The notes beneath the pieces were generated by a model that saw only the letters and a program-made list of their open reading frames with translations, searched no databases and was not told where the DNA came from. Below, piece after piece: positions 26,978 to 34,937 of a stretch of DNA of 58,547 nt. This DNA is from a virus (lineage: Duplodnaviria > Caudoviricetes): IMG/VR virus record IMGVR_UViG_3300037156_000120, positions 1 through 58,547 of that record; one strand, given 5' to 3'. The position numbers and the translations under genes are program-made. The stretch's first letter is position 1, and every line of letters starts with the position of its first letter.

Positions 26978-27167
26978 GGTAGTCAACCGTGTCGCCGCAC
27001 TCGGCGCAAAGAATGACGTCCTTCGTCATCTCCTGCGCGCATTCCCAGAACTCGATCCAGTTCTTCGCGCCTATTGTCGCGCGGCGTTGCACGCGCGTCT
27101 CCTGGCCGTCTTGTTTGATAACGACGCTGTCTGAATTAATATCAAAATCGATCATCACGGTCTCCAA
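26970..27167 (-). CDS. Hypothetical protein
   Basis: GGAG RBS before the GTG at 27158; CxxC near the C-terminus. Confidence 0.55.
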   Translation of the reverse strand: METVMIDFDINSDSVVIKQDGQETRVQRRATIGAKNWIEFWECAQEMTKDVILCAECGDTVDYHG

Positions 27168-27179
27168 TAGTTAGGCGCC

Positions 27180-27392
27180 GGATTTTGAAGAGATCCAGCA
27201 AACTCTGTTACCCGCGTCAAGCTGAACAGGCTTTGTTCAGACCCTTCCCCGCCAGTTTGTGCTGGGCTTACGACCTGGGTTTTGGCGACGCGGGGTATTC
27301 AGCGCCCCGACTTATCCACCGCTCGGGGCCACACAGTGCTGTAGATTTCCGAGGAGTGGGACCCACTCGAAAATCTCTGAATCCTTCCGGGA
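27180..27392 (-). ncRNA. Candidate multi-stem structured RNA downstream of gcrA
   Basis: At least six complementary stem pairs, several nested, in a 210-nt intergenic gap of an otherwise tightly packed operon. Confidence 0.55.
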
Positions 27393-27809
27393 TTAACGCG
27401 CCTTTCTCTGGTACATCGGTTGAAAAGCAATTTGGCAATGTCCAACGCAATACGCAGACCCGGCTTTAGGCTGGGCGCCACAATAAATAACACCGTCGGA
27501 CGCATCATAAGGCCAGCGGCAATGATAATCGCGCAGACCCATCGTGTCGATCGGCGGATGCGCGGGCAGCAATTCAGTCACGGGTATTAGCTCAGACTTT
27601 GGTTGTGGTGCGTGCCGTGGTACTGCCGCTGGCCGGGAGCGAACAAACGTCGGGAAGCGTTTCGGCAAATCTGACGAGCGATGCACGGCGCCTAGAACGG
27701 AATTGCGCGTCCGGCCCGGAAGCGCCCTGCTTATAGTGGACGCCGACGCGCCGCCCAGCCACATCTCGCGAAGCGTCTTAAGCTCATCCTCGCTCCAGCT
27801 CGATCCCAT
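27393..27809 (-). CDS. gcrA: GcrA-like cell-cycle regulator
   Basis: WSEDELKTLREMWLGG.SAS.I...L..TRNSVLGAVHR and CRWP...YCG......YC..H...A.Q. Confidence 0.9.
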   Translation of the reverse strand: MGSSWSEDELKTLREMWLGGASASTISRALPGRTRNSVLGAVHRSSDLPKRFPTFVRSRPAAVPRHAPQPKSELIPVTELLPAHPPIDTMGLRDYHCRWPYDASDGVIYCGAQPKAGSAYCVGHCQIAFQPMYQRKAR

Positions 27810-28011
27810 CACGGCATGAGCCCGATACTGACGCAGATCAAAAAGAAATACAGCCCGACTCCGCAGGCCGCCAATAAGACGATGGCGAGCACGGTCGCAA
27901 TGATATCCCCCAGCGTCGCGACCCTCAACGACGGCGGCTCGTAGCAGTATCCGGTTTCCCGTTTTTTCATGGCGCACCCCAGTCAACAGCCCGACAGACT
28001 AGGCAGATCAA

Positions 28012-28179
28012 TCAGATGATTGCAAGAGCCTTCTTACGCTCCCGGGCTCTGGCGTTTACGTTTTTCATACTTTCGTTGTACCGCGCGCGATCGCGCACGG
28101 TGATCTTGGCCTCGGCGATCTTAGCCGAAACCTTTCCAGACCCCTTGCACAGGGGGCAGTCGCGGGTTGCCTTGCTCAT
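28012..28179 (-). CDS. Small basic protein with CPLCKGSG
   Basis: Manual translation; ATGA overlap with the upstream gene. Confidence 0.55.
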   Translation of the reverse strand: MSKATRDCPLCKGSGKVSAKIAEAKITVRDRARYNESMKNVNARARERKKALAII

Positions 28180-28526
28180 TTTCCGGCTCTTTCCTTGATG
28201 ATCTTAAGCTCGGGCTTGCGGCGTTGTGGCCGCCTGGCGCGAACTTTGACTACTTGCGCCACGCTGGCGACGAAGCCCTCGCCTTTAAATCTGGCCTCGA
28301 CCCCCTTGCTGTTCAACGCCAGGACAATGGCCGACGCATCGAGAACAGGCAGATGACCAACCACCAAGGTTCTGCCGCCCAGCTCAGTCGGCACCTGTAT
28401 GATCAGCGTCACGATCGCATCTGGCTGGACATCTTCCAGCAGATCCGGAACGTACTGGCCGAAAACGAGCGGCGCCGCGCCAGCAAGCCAGCGACGAAAA
28501 AGACGATGCGCGGTTTTGAATTTCAT
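28176..28526 (-). CDS. Hypothetical protein
   Basis: MKFKTAHR start with ATGA overlap. Confidence 0.55.
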   Translation of the reverse strand: MKFKTAHRLFRRWLAGAAPLVFGQYVPDLLEDVQPDAIVTLIIQVPTELGGRTLVVGHLPVLDASAIVLALNSKGVEARFKGEGFVASVAQVVKVRARRPQRRKPELKIIKERAGK

Positions 28527-28602
28527 TTGCCGACACCATCGCCGCCGATAGCGACCCAAGTCAACAACACCAAAATGATCACAGCAACTGCGTAAACTAA
28601 CA

Positions 28603-28764
28603 TCAGATCATCCTTCCTGTTGCGCGCTTGTCGTCGTTAACGATTTCCTGCGCGCCCTGCCGGTTCTTGGATTGGCCCAGCCAGTCGCCGCAGAAACGAG
28701 CGACCCAGCGCGGCGTGTCGTAGCCGCAGTATTCGCGGGCGATAGTGTAGCGCTTGTCAGTCAT
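28603..28764 (-). CDS. 53-aa hypothetical protein (not in ORF track)
   Basis: MTDKRYTIAREYCGYDTPRWVARFCGDWLGQ...; coupled stop/start at both ends. Confidence 0.6.
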   Translation of the reverse strand: MTDKRYTIAREYCGYDTPRWVARFCGDWLGQSKNRQGAQEIVNDDKRATGRMI

Positions 28765-29066
28765 CCGTTATCCAGTTCAAGACTAAGACGCACAATTTCC
28801 ATTTTGTCTTTAGCGCGACCTTTGACCGGCGTGTATTCGAGCCCGCTGACGTCCCTATAACCTGTTTCCCAGTCCACCGTCGTTCTGGTGCTGGCGCGGC
28901 CCTTGCACCAAGCTGTCAGAGCAAGATGCGCCGCCTTGTGCGAGGCGAAGAGACGAGGCAGCGGGCCAGCAACCGGCTCGCTATACGTAAAGCCCTTGCC
29001 GTTGCCCTGCGGCAAAAACTTTCCCACACCCTTTTCTCGTATGGCAAAGAAATGACCAATAATCAT
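28761..29066 (-). CDS. Hypothetical protein
   Basis: Coupled start/stop with its neighbours. Confidence 0.6.
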   Translation of the reverse strand: MIIGHFFAIREKGVGKFLPQGNGKGFTYSEPVAGPLPRLFASHKAAHLALTAWCKGRASTRTTVDWETGYRDVSGLEYTPVKGRAKDKMEIVRLSLELDNG

Positions 29067-29425
29067 GCTCCGATTCTCCCCAGTTTACGCGCCTCGTCGG
29101 CGTACTCCGACAAAGTCATCCGCGGCGTGAACCAGTAGTCGCGCTCGATGCCCAGACCGAGGCGCCCGCGAACGGACTGCAGCTCGCGAAGCGACACGCT
29201 GCCCAGCTCGACGCAATCCATACCAAGGTCACACAAGCCGAAAGCAGTGTCGCCGTCTTCATCGAGCTCCGAAATCAGCCACGTCGCCGCGCCACACGGG
29301 TTAAAGAACTTGACCACCGGACTAAAGTCGATCGTGTTTCCGGTCTTCTCCATCGCCGCGGCATTAGCGCGGCCATTGGCCAGCAACTTCTTCAGCAGCG
29401 GCGCGGTGAGAAATTTCTGGCTCAT
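29063..29425 (-). CDS. DUF2958-family protein
   Basis: PVVKFFNP.GAATWLISE...FGLCDLG...ELGSVSL.EL...IERD. Confidence 0.85.
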   Translation of the reverse strand: MSQKFLTAPLLKKLLANGRANAAAMEKTGNTIDFSPVVKFFNPCGAATWLISELDEDGDTAFGLCDLGMDCVELGSVSLRELQSVRGRLGLGIERDYWFTPRMTLSEYADEARKLGRIGA

Positions 29426-29625
29426 GATACTGCATCAAGCTTTCCGTCGACCCAACGATAATTCACCGGGTCAGAACTTTCAACCACGCGCGTATCGCGC
29501 ACCGTGAACCAACGAAACATTAAGTCGTGCACGTTGCCTTCAGCCTCTTCGCGCGTGGCGAAGCGCAAGCCGTTGCCAACGAATTTTCCATCGCGATCGG
29601 CGATGACTTCAGGAGCAAAGCTCAT
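29422..29625 (-). CDS. Early hypothetical protein
   Basis: N.LRFAT.EEA...RW...DTRVVES.DPVNY; ATGA overlaps. Confidence 0.7.
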   Translation of the reverse strand: MSFAPEVIADRDGKFVGNGLRFATREEAEGNVHDLMFRWFTVRDTRVVESSDPVNYRWVDGKLDAVS

Positions 29626-29867
29626 GACTTCGCTCCCTTCAACAAAGCCTTGAGCTCGGCCTTAACAGACCTTGCAACAGAACCGCGCCAGGTGGTGGCA
29701 TTGCTCAGAAAGTAGAGCACGACGCTCTGGCCGCTATCGGCGCCGTAAGGATCGGTGACCTTGTCCATCTGGCGCATTGCGTTGAGATACGGCACGGCGC
29801 CGAAGTAAACCGGGTGCCAATCCTTGCGGATCTCGCCAGCAATTTCACTGATTGATCTATTCGTCAT
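29622..29867 (-). CDS. Early hypothetical protein
   Basis: IA.EI..DW....GA.PYL.AM...YFLSNA..WRG..A..VK.EL; strong RBS. Confidence 0.75.
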   Translation of the reverse strand: MTNRSISEIAGEIRKDWHPVYFGAVPYLNAMRQMDKVTDPYGADSGQSVVLYFLSNATTWRGSVARSVKAELKALLKGAKS

Positions 29868-29898
29868 TTCGCATTTTCCTTCTTGTATCTTCCCAGTG

Positions 29899-29927
29899 AT
29901 AATAGACGCCTATCGAAAAGGTTGCAA
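29899..29927 (-). promoter_or_regulatory. Early sigma70-like promoter with operator ATAGACGCCTAT
   Basis: TTGCAA-17-TATTAT; palindromic operator at 29902-29913. Confidence 0.75.
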
Positions 29928-29963
29928 GGGGGTGGTTGCATTTATTTTACCACCCCCGAGCCC

Positions 29964-30398
29964 TTAATCGCGGCCCAGATCGACCGTGAGTTCCCGGCCC
30001 AGAGCCTTTTTGGCCAGCTCCAGCCCGTCCTGCCAGTCGGCGAGATCGCCGTCAGACGACACTTTCACCATCCACGCCCAGTCGGCTATGGCCGCGAGCA
30101 CCGCAGTGACCACAACGTCATAAGGCTTGTTCGCGGTCTCACAGAAAGCAAACTTCTGCGCAGCCTGCTCGAAAAAGAACGTCTCGTGGCCGTCGTCTTC
30201 GACACCATTGAAGCGGATTAGCGCCGCGCCGCCGTCAGCATTCTGGCGTTTTACTTCCGGCACTTTTTTCGGCTCGTCATATTCCCAGGCAAGCGGCACA
30301 GGCGACGCGGCGATGATCTTCTCGGCATCGTCGCAGATCAGCTGCCACGTCTTGAGCGGTATTGGCTTGGCAGTTTTCCAGTAATGTGTATATCCCAT
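29964..30398 (-). CDS. Early hypothetical protein
   Basis: MGYTHYW...FNG....HETF...FCET..KPYD..V...SSDGD..DW pattern; strong RBS. Confidence 0.8.
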   Translation of the reverse strand: MGYTHYWKTAKPIPLKTWQLICDDAEKIIAASPVPLAWEYDEPKKVPEVKRQNADGGAALIRFNGVEDDGHETFFFEQAAQKFAFCETANKPYDVVVTAVLAAIADWAWMVKVSSDGDLADWQDGLELAKKALGRELTVDLGRD

Positions 30399-30416
30399 TT
30401 CGTATTTTCCTTTTCG

Positions 30417-31172
30417 CTAGTGGTCGATGAAAACTATCGGCTCGTCAGTACTCCAGCACAAAGCGCAGCTCGAGCAGCACACCTCATCGCCCTCGGTCTG
30501 AGCTGGGCAAACGATGCCCTCGGCGATGCGACCACGCGCCGTCACGTCCTTGATCGTCACGGTGCCCATCTCGCCGCCGCGTTCGCTCCAGCGTATCCGC
30601 CAGCGATCAGGAAACGTTGCATTCATCACCGCGATGCGCTGACCCTCGGGCGAATGCTTCTCACAACGCGTGTAGCCGTAAACGTGCAGCTCGGGGTGCT
30701 TGAACATCAGATCGTCCCACAGTTGGACGTACTGCCGCGAATAAAAATCCCCAAGAATGTGCAAACGAATTACAAAGCCCCGCGGATGTTTGCGGGCAAG
30801 CGTTGCGACCTGACCCGGGATGATCTTCTCCAAAGCCGGGCCAGCCTTCCATCGCGTTGGCCATTGCATATGATTTCCGTAGCAGGAATGCCAGCTGCCG
30901 CAAATCGTCGGGCATGTCGCGCGTTCTTCAAGCGTAAGCGTATAAATCGGCATGCCGCTCCACGCGCCCTTGATCACGCGGTTTCCGATCTTGCTGTTGT
31001 TCTTGCCTTCCTTGAACAGCATCGCGGAATAATCCGGCACCGCGACGCGGCTCGGAAAGATCGTCGTCGCCTCGACGATCGCATTGTGATCCGGCTTCAG
31101 GACCATCGGCTTACCGAGGCGCCCGTGCTTGACGTGACGCCGCAGTGTTCTCGGTTTGACGGTGGTCTTCAT
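30417..31172 (-). CDS. GP88-like / radical-SAM-like Cys-cluster protein
   Basis: N.KIG, TCP..C.....CY, IRLH..GDF, YGYT, C-terminal CP...C..C..C. Confidence 0.65.
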   Translation of the reverse strand: MKTTVKPRTLRRHVKHGRLGKPMVLKPDHNAIVEATTIFPSRVAVPDYSAMLFKEGKNNSKIGNRVIKGAWSGMPIYTLTLEERATCPTICGSWHSCYGNHMQWPTRWKAGPALEKIIPGQVATLARKHPRGFVIRLHILGDFYSRQYVQLWDDLMFKHPELHVYGYTRCEKHSPEGQRIAVMNATFPDRWRIRWSERGGEMGTVTIKDVTARGRIAEGIVCPAQTEGDEVCCSSCALCWSTDEPIVFIDH

Positions 31173-31570
31173 TTCTCGAAAGCCTCGCCGTTCATCGCCA
31201 TCATCAGCGCTTTCTCGACAGCAGCGCACATTGCTTCGAAGCCGTAATTAACGGTAGTGCATTTGCGGCGGTGAAAAGGATTTATAGATCCGCCAGCGAC
31301 GCACCCGAAGGCATCAGTCAAACGGTCGTCGCTGCGCAGACCCATGTGCCAGGCGAGAACAAACGTGCCTTCGCGCATTTGGCCGCTGTCGCCGTCAAGG
31401 TCGATCGTCACGTCAAGGCCGCGCGGCGTTGAGACGTGTAGCCAGATCGCGCGGCCATGCGTCATGATCACGTCGCGCACAATTTCAGCGCCGGTTTTTA
31501 CGGCGATGGCTTCCAGACGCGCAGCCATGGTCTCGCGATCTTTCGCGCGGGCGACAGATAGAATTTTCAT
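31169..31570 (-). CDS. Early hypothetical protein
   Basis: MKILSVARAK start; ATGA overlap with the next gene. Confidence 0.65.
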   Translation of the reverse strand: MKILSVARAKDRETMAARLEAIAVKTGAEIVRDVIMTHGRAIWLHVSTPRGLDVTIDLDGDSGQMREGTFVLAWHMGLRSDDRLTDAFGCVAGGSINPFHRRKCTTVNYGFEAMCAAVEKALMMAMNGEAFEK

Positions 31571-31575
31571 GGGTC

Positions 31576-31773
31576 TCAGCCTTTCCTGTTGTTGATGAAG
31601 CGATCGACCGCCGCGTTGATATCGGCGCCGCCAACGCGAACCCGGCGCGGAAACGTCGTGATCGAATGACCGGCGGCGAGATGTTCGCGCAGGCCCGGCG
31701 TGCGCGACTGCGCTTGGCTCTCGTGGCCGAAAGGGTTCTCGGCCACTACGTCGTTGAGATAAAAATCGTTCAT
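31576..31773 (-). CDS. Early hypothetical protein
   Basis: AGGAG RBS directly after the promoter. Confidence 0.65.
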   Translation of the reverse strand: MNDFYLNDVVAENPFGHESQAQSRTPGLREHLAAGHSITTFPRRVRVGGADINAAVDRFINNRKG

Positions 31774-31798
31774 AGGCGGTTCTCCTGTCTTCCCCGCC

Positions 31799-31827
31799 TA
31801 TAAAACATAGGCGTCTATCTATGTCAA
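31799..31827 (-). promoter_or_regulatory. Early sigma70-like promoter with operator
   Basis: TTGACA-17-TTTATA; operator ATAGGCGTCTAT at 31807-31818. Confidence 0.7.
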
Positions 31828-31922
31828 CCCGCCGGTTGCGAAAAAGTTGCAGGGTTCCGAAATCTGGGATAAGCCTGATTCGCGCCTGCCGCGCACATCT
31901 CAATCCACAAAGGAAAGACCGC

Positions 31923-32309
31923 ATGCTGAACAAGATCATACAGAAGGTCGCCAACCTGATCACCACCGACGTCGACCCGGCCCTGTGCCGGGTTTATGAT
32001 GACATCGTCCGCGATCTCGAGGCCCTGCGCGAAAGCATGGGCGCGCCCGCCCCTACCTACCCAATCGACCCGGCCCAGTCCGAACTGCCGCTGGAGGCCG
32101 TCTCGGTGGGCGAGGGCGTCATATGGTGCGAGCCGCTGGCCGCGTCCGAGGCCGTCCCGGTGGGCGTCGACATCCCGCTTGGTCTCACTGCCCCCGCCAG
32201 CGCGGCGCCGCCCCAGCCCGCCCCGCTGCCCGGCTCCGAGGCCCTGGTCGACACTCTGCAGGCAGCCCACGACGTGGCCAAGGCCGACGATTCCTGCGGC
32301 ACTGCCTAA
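31923..32309 (+). CDS. Lone rightward Pro/Ala-rich acidic protein
   Basis: AAGGA RBS, GC-rich third codon positions, its own terminator. Confidence 0.65.
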   Translation: MLNKIIQKVANLITTDVDPALCRVYDDIVRDLEALRESMGAPAPTYPIDPAQSELPLEAVSVGEGVIWCEPLAASEAVPVGVDIPLGLTAPASAAPPQPAPLPGSEALVDTLQAAHDVAKADDSCGTA

Positions 32310-32310
32310 A

Positions 32311-32346
32311 CAAAAAGGCCGGTAGAAACGCCCACCGGCCTTTTTG
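32311..32346. terminator. Bidirectional intrinsic terminator
   Basis: CAAAAAGGCCGGT...ACCGGCCTTTTTG between convergent genes. Confidence 0.85.
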
Positions 32347-32394
32347 TAACTATGCTGCACTGCAATATATCGAAATCGTTATGTGCCAGGCTGA

Positions 32395-32766
32395 TCAGCC
32401 CAGCGGGCGCCCCGCTTTCTGCTGCTCGACGGCAGCCCGGGCGCTGGGACGCCAGTCGGTGGCGATCCAACCCGCCACCGCGGCGAGCAGCTGCTCCAGA
32501 TCAGCGGCATTGAGGTTCAGGTGCTTGGCCAGGCGCTGGAGATTACGGTCGAGGGTGGCCAGCGCCCCGACAAAGGCGCCGTGCTCGTACTCGCCGTCGC
32601 GCGTGACGAAGTCGCACATGACATAGCCGTCGAACGTGACGCTGGCCCGGCCAACGAAGTGAGGGCCCTCGTCATAGCAATCGTCGCCCAGGGCGTAGGC
32701 GAGGATGGCGCCCAGCTGGGTCTGGAGGGTGGCGGAGAGAATGCGGGCTTGAAGTTCGGGGGTCAT
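32395..32766 (-). CDS. Early hypothetical protein
   Basis: AAGGA RBS; 123 aa. Confidence 0.7.
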   Translation of the reverse strand: MTPELQARILSATLQTQLGAILAYALGDDCYDEGPHFVGRASVTFDGYVMCDFVTRDGEYEHGAFVGALATLDRNLQRLAKHLNLNAADLEQLLAAVAGWIATDWRPSARAAVEQQKAGRPLG

Positions 32767-32874
32767 TTTTCAGTTCCTTTCAGTTGTTTTCAGGGGTGGT
32801 GCTCAAATCGGTCGTAAACGGCTGGGGAAGGCGCTGGGGAGCGGGTTTAGGGTGGTGCTCTCCAGCGCCCGGTC

Positions 32875-33192
32875 TCAGCGGTCCTCGACGCGGACGCGGC
32901 TATAACCGGCTCTGGTCTTCATGTGGTGCCGGAACCAGTTGTCGTTCACGCCCATCTCGCGCAGTTTCTTCTCCATGTCGCTGGCGTCCGGCGACTCGCT
33001 GGGGGCGATCTCAGAGACGCTGGCGGCGAAGAGCCGGCCCTCGTGGCGGCCCGGGCCCATAGCAATGATGTCGGCCTTGAGCGGCTTGGCCTGGGCCTCG
33101 AGCTCGGCAATTTGTGCGTTCAAAGAGCCCAGCACATCGATGGAGCTCTGGGCATTGTGGCCAATCTTGGCGATGGTGGCGGTCATGTTCAT
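32875..33192 (-). CDS. First early gene, coiled-coil protein
   Basis: IDVLGSLNAQIAELEAQAKPLKADI; strong RBS after the promoter. Confidence 0.75.
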   Translation of the reverse strand: MNMTATIAKIGHNAQSSIDVLGSLNAQIAELEAQAKPLKADIIAMGPGRHEGRLFAASVSEIAPSESPDASDMEKKLREMGVNDNWFRHHMKTRAGYSRVRVEDR

Positions 33193-33232
33193 CTTGCATT
33201 TTCCTTTTTGGTTGTTTGCAGTCAGTAACGTA

Positions 33233-33261
33233 ACAATAGACCCCTATTCAACGCTTGTCAA
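33233..33261 (-). promoter_or_regulatory. Early sigma70-like promoter with operator AATAGACCCCTATT
   Basis: TTGACA-17-TATTGT; palindrome at 33235-33248. Confidence 0.8.
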
Positions 33262-33555
33262 ATGAAAAAGTTGCACCTGGCCGGTGGCCTGCGGCGCGGC
33301 CCCCAAATTAGCGAAGGGCTTGTTAACTCTTGCTTTTAACTCACGGCGGAACTCTGCGCATATATGGGGTAATATGAGTTAAATATTGAGAATGATTCGC
33401 AGACTTCACTCGGCATGCCAAATCTTCCTACTGCACTAAGGCTATATCACATCCGAAGGGAACCTAAGCTTCGGTGATATAGGCTAGTGCGTACTTTGTT
33501 GACAGAGCGTAGGCCGGAGCTTTATACCACGAGTTTATCAAGCGGAGATTTTAAA

Positions 33556-34092
33556 ATGACAGGCACCCTCGAAAATAAGCGCGCCGAGGCGAAAGAGTAC
33601 CCGGGCGTTTCCTACGATGCTCGCATTCGAAAGTTTGTGGCGAACATAACCGTCAATGGAAAACGGACCTATCTTGGCAGCTTCGATGTTGCTGAAGATG
33701 CTGGCGCGACGTGGGCTCTTCATCGGTCGGATAATCCCGTCGTTCGAAAACGTAACGCAGATGGTGAGGCGGTCAGCTTCGCGCACGTATATCGTGAATT
33801 CCTGACAGAGGTGCAGGCGGCTAACAAGGATGCAGGCAAAGACACACCGTTTGGCAGACTCGAGCCCAAGGATACTTTTCGGGCGCCGGACGGCCAGTGG
33901 TTTGATCTTGAGAGGGTTCAGTATGCTCAGCGCAAGGGCGGAAAGAAATGGGTTTTTTACGTGTGGTCGTCTCCCTGCAGGATTTGCAAGACCATCTACG
34001 AGACTAAAACTTTGGCGGGGAAGGTGCTGACAGGGATCACGCGAAACTGCCCCCAGCACCGCGGCAAGTCTGCTGGCGACGGCTTGTCATGA
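33556..34092 (+). CDS. AP2-domain DNA-binding protein with C-terminal Cys cluster
   Basis: YPGVSYD...KFVANITVNGKRTYLGSFDVAEDA; CRIC...CPQH; GGAG RBS. Confidence 0.75.
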   Translation: MTGTLENKRAEAKEYPGVSYDARIRKFVANITVNGKRTYLGSFDVAEDAGATWALHRSDNPVVRKRNADGEAVSFAHVYREFLTEVQAANKDAGKDTPFGRLEPKDTFRAPDGQWFDLERVQYAQRKGGKKWVFYVWSSPCRICKTIYETKTLAGKVLTGITRNCPQHRGKSAGDGLS

Positions 34093-34275
34093 CTAGTGCG
34101 CCCGACTTGGTAGAGTTTGATGATAAAATTTGGGTGTTGGTCCGAACGAGCACGACATGGCTCTCGAGGGTAATTGGGATCTGATCTAGGCTGGACAGAT
34201 CGTAACGAATCAGGCACTTAGTTGGGCCGCGCTGCTGCGCTTCGCGGTGGCTGCTTCACGATGAAGGGCTAGACC

Positions 34276-34707
34276 ATGAGCGCTGCGGGTGCCTCCGATA
34301 CTTCTTCCGACGACACTGATCCCACTGCTGGCGTTGATACGTCTGATGACTCTACGCCGCAGGCTACTGTTCTCTGTACCATCATGAATAACGGCGATGG
34401 GACGTTTTCTTTAATTGCTGGAGATGACAGCGATGACGCTTCCGGCGCCAGCGCGAGTGGCGATGATACGGATGCCAGCGCTTCCAGCGATGACGCTGCA
34501 GGCGCTGGTGAAGGCGCTGAAGGCCTTCCGCCTGCAGCTGGTGGCGTTGCTGCCTCGTCTGCGGGCCAGACGTTCACGTCGCCTGGGCCGCTTCTGAAGG
34601 CTGTGCTCGATCTGGTGAAGACCGCGCAGGAATCTGGCGGCGGATCGGACGAGGACAACTTTGCGGCGGGCTTCAGCGGTGACAAGACACCCATTGCAAA
34701 ATCCTGA
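34276..34707 (+). CDS. Acidic low-complexity protein
   Basis: Asp/Ser/Ala-rich; ends EDNFAAGFSG. Confidence 0.65.
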   Translation: MSAAGASDTSSDDTDPTAGVDTSDDSTPQATVLCTIMNNGDGTFSLIAGDDSDDASGASASGDDTDASASSDDAAGAGEGAEGLPPAAGGVAASSAGQTFTSPGPLLKAVLDLVKTAQESGGGSDEDNFAAGFSGDKTPIAKS

Positions 34708-34937
34708 AGAGCAGGACTTTGTGTCCCTTATCAATTCGGTTGATGGGGCGGCGTATCGATATGCCGCCCATCCCGGGTGATGGCCCGATCGTTTACATCA
34801 ATGGTATCGGCGATCTCACGATCGTCGCTCGCCTTGCGCCCGGTGAAGCTCTGGCTGCAATTTGGTCTTGGCGCGTGGGCGATGACTCCTGGCTTAGAAA
34901 TTACGCGTGTTGATCTTGTAACGAAAAGGAGAAAGTC

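Noticed and set aside
27810-27986. ORF-track N-terminal extension of gcrA
   Set aside because: GcrA similarity starts at MGSSW (27809); the upstream DNA reads better as a small TM ORF in another frame
33323-33339. CtrA box
   Set aside because: The TTAA half-sites are 9 bp apart, not the canonical 7
34095-34275. Group II intron 5' end (GTGCGCCCG)
   Set aside because: No domain V/VI or maturase; the gap is too short and the motif can be read inside a small ORF
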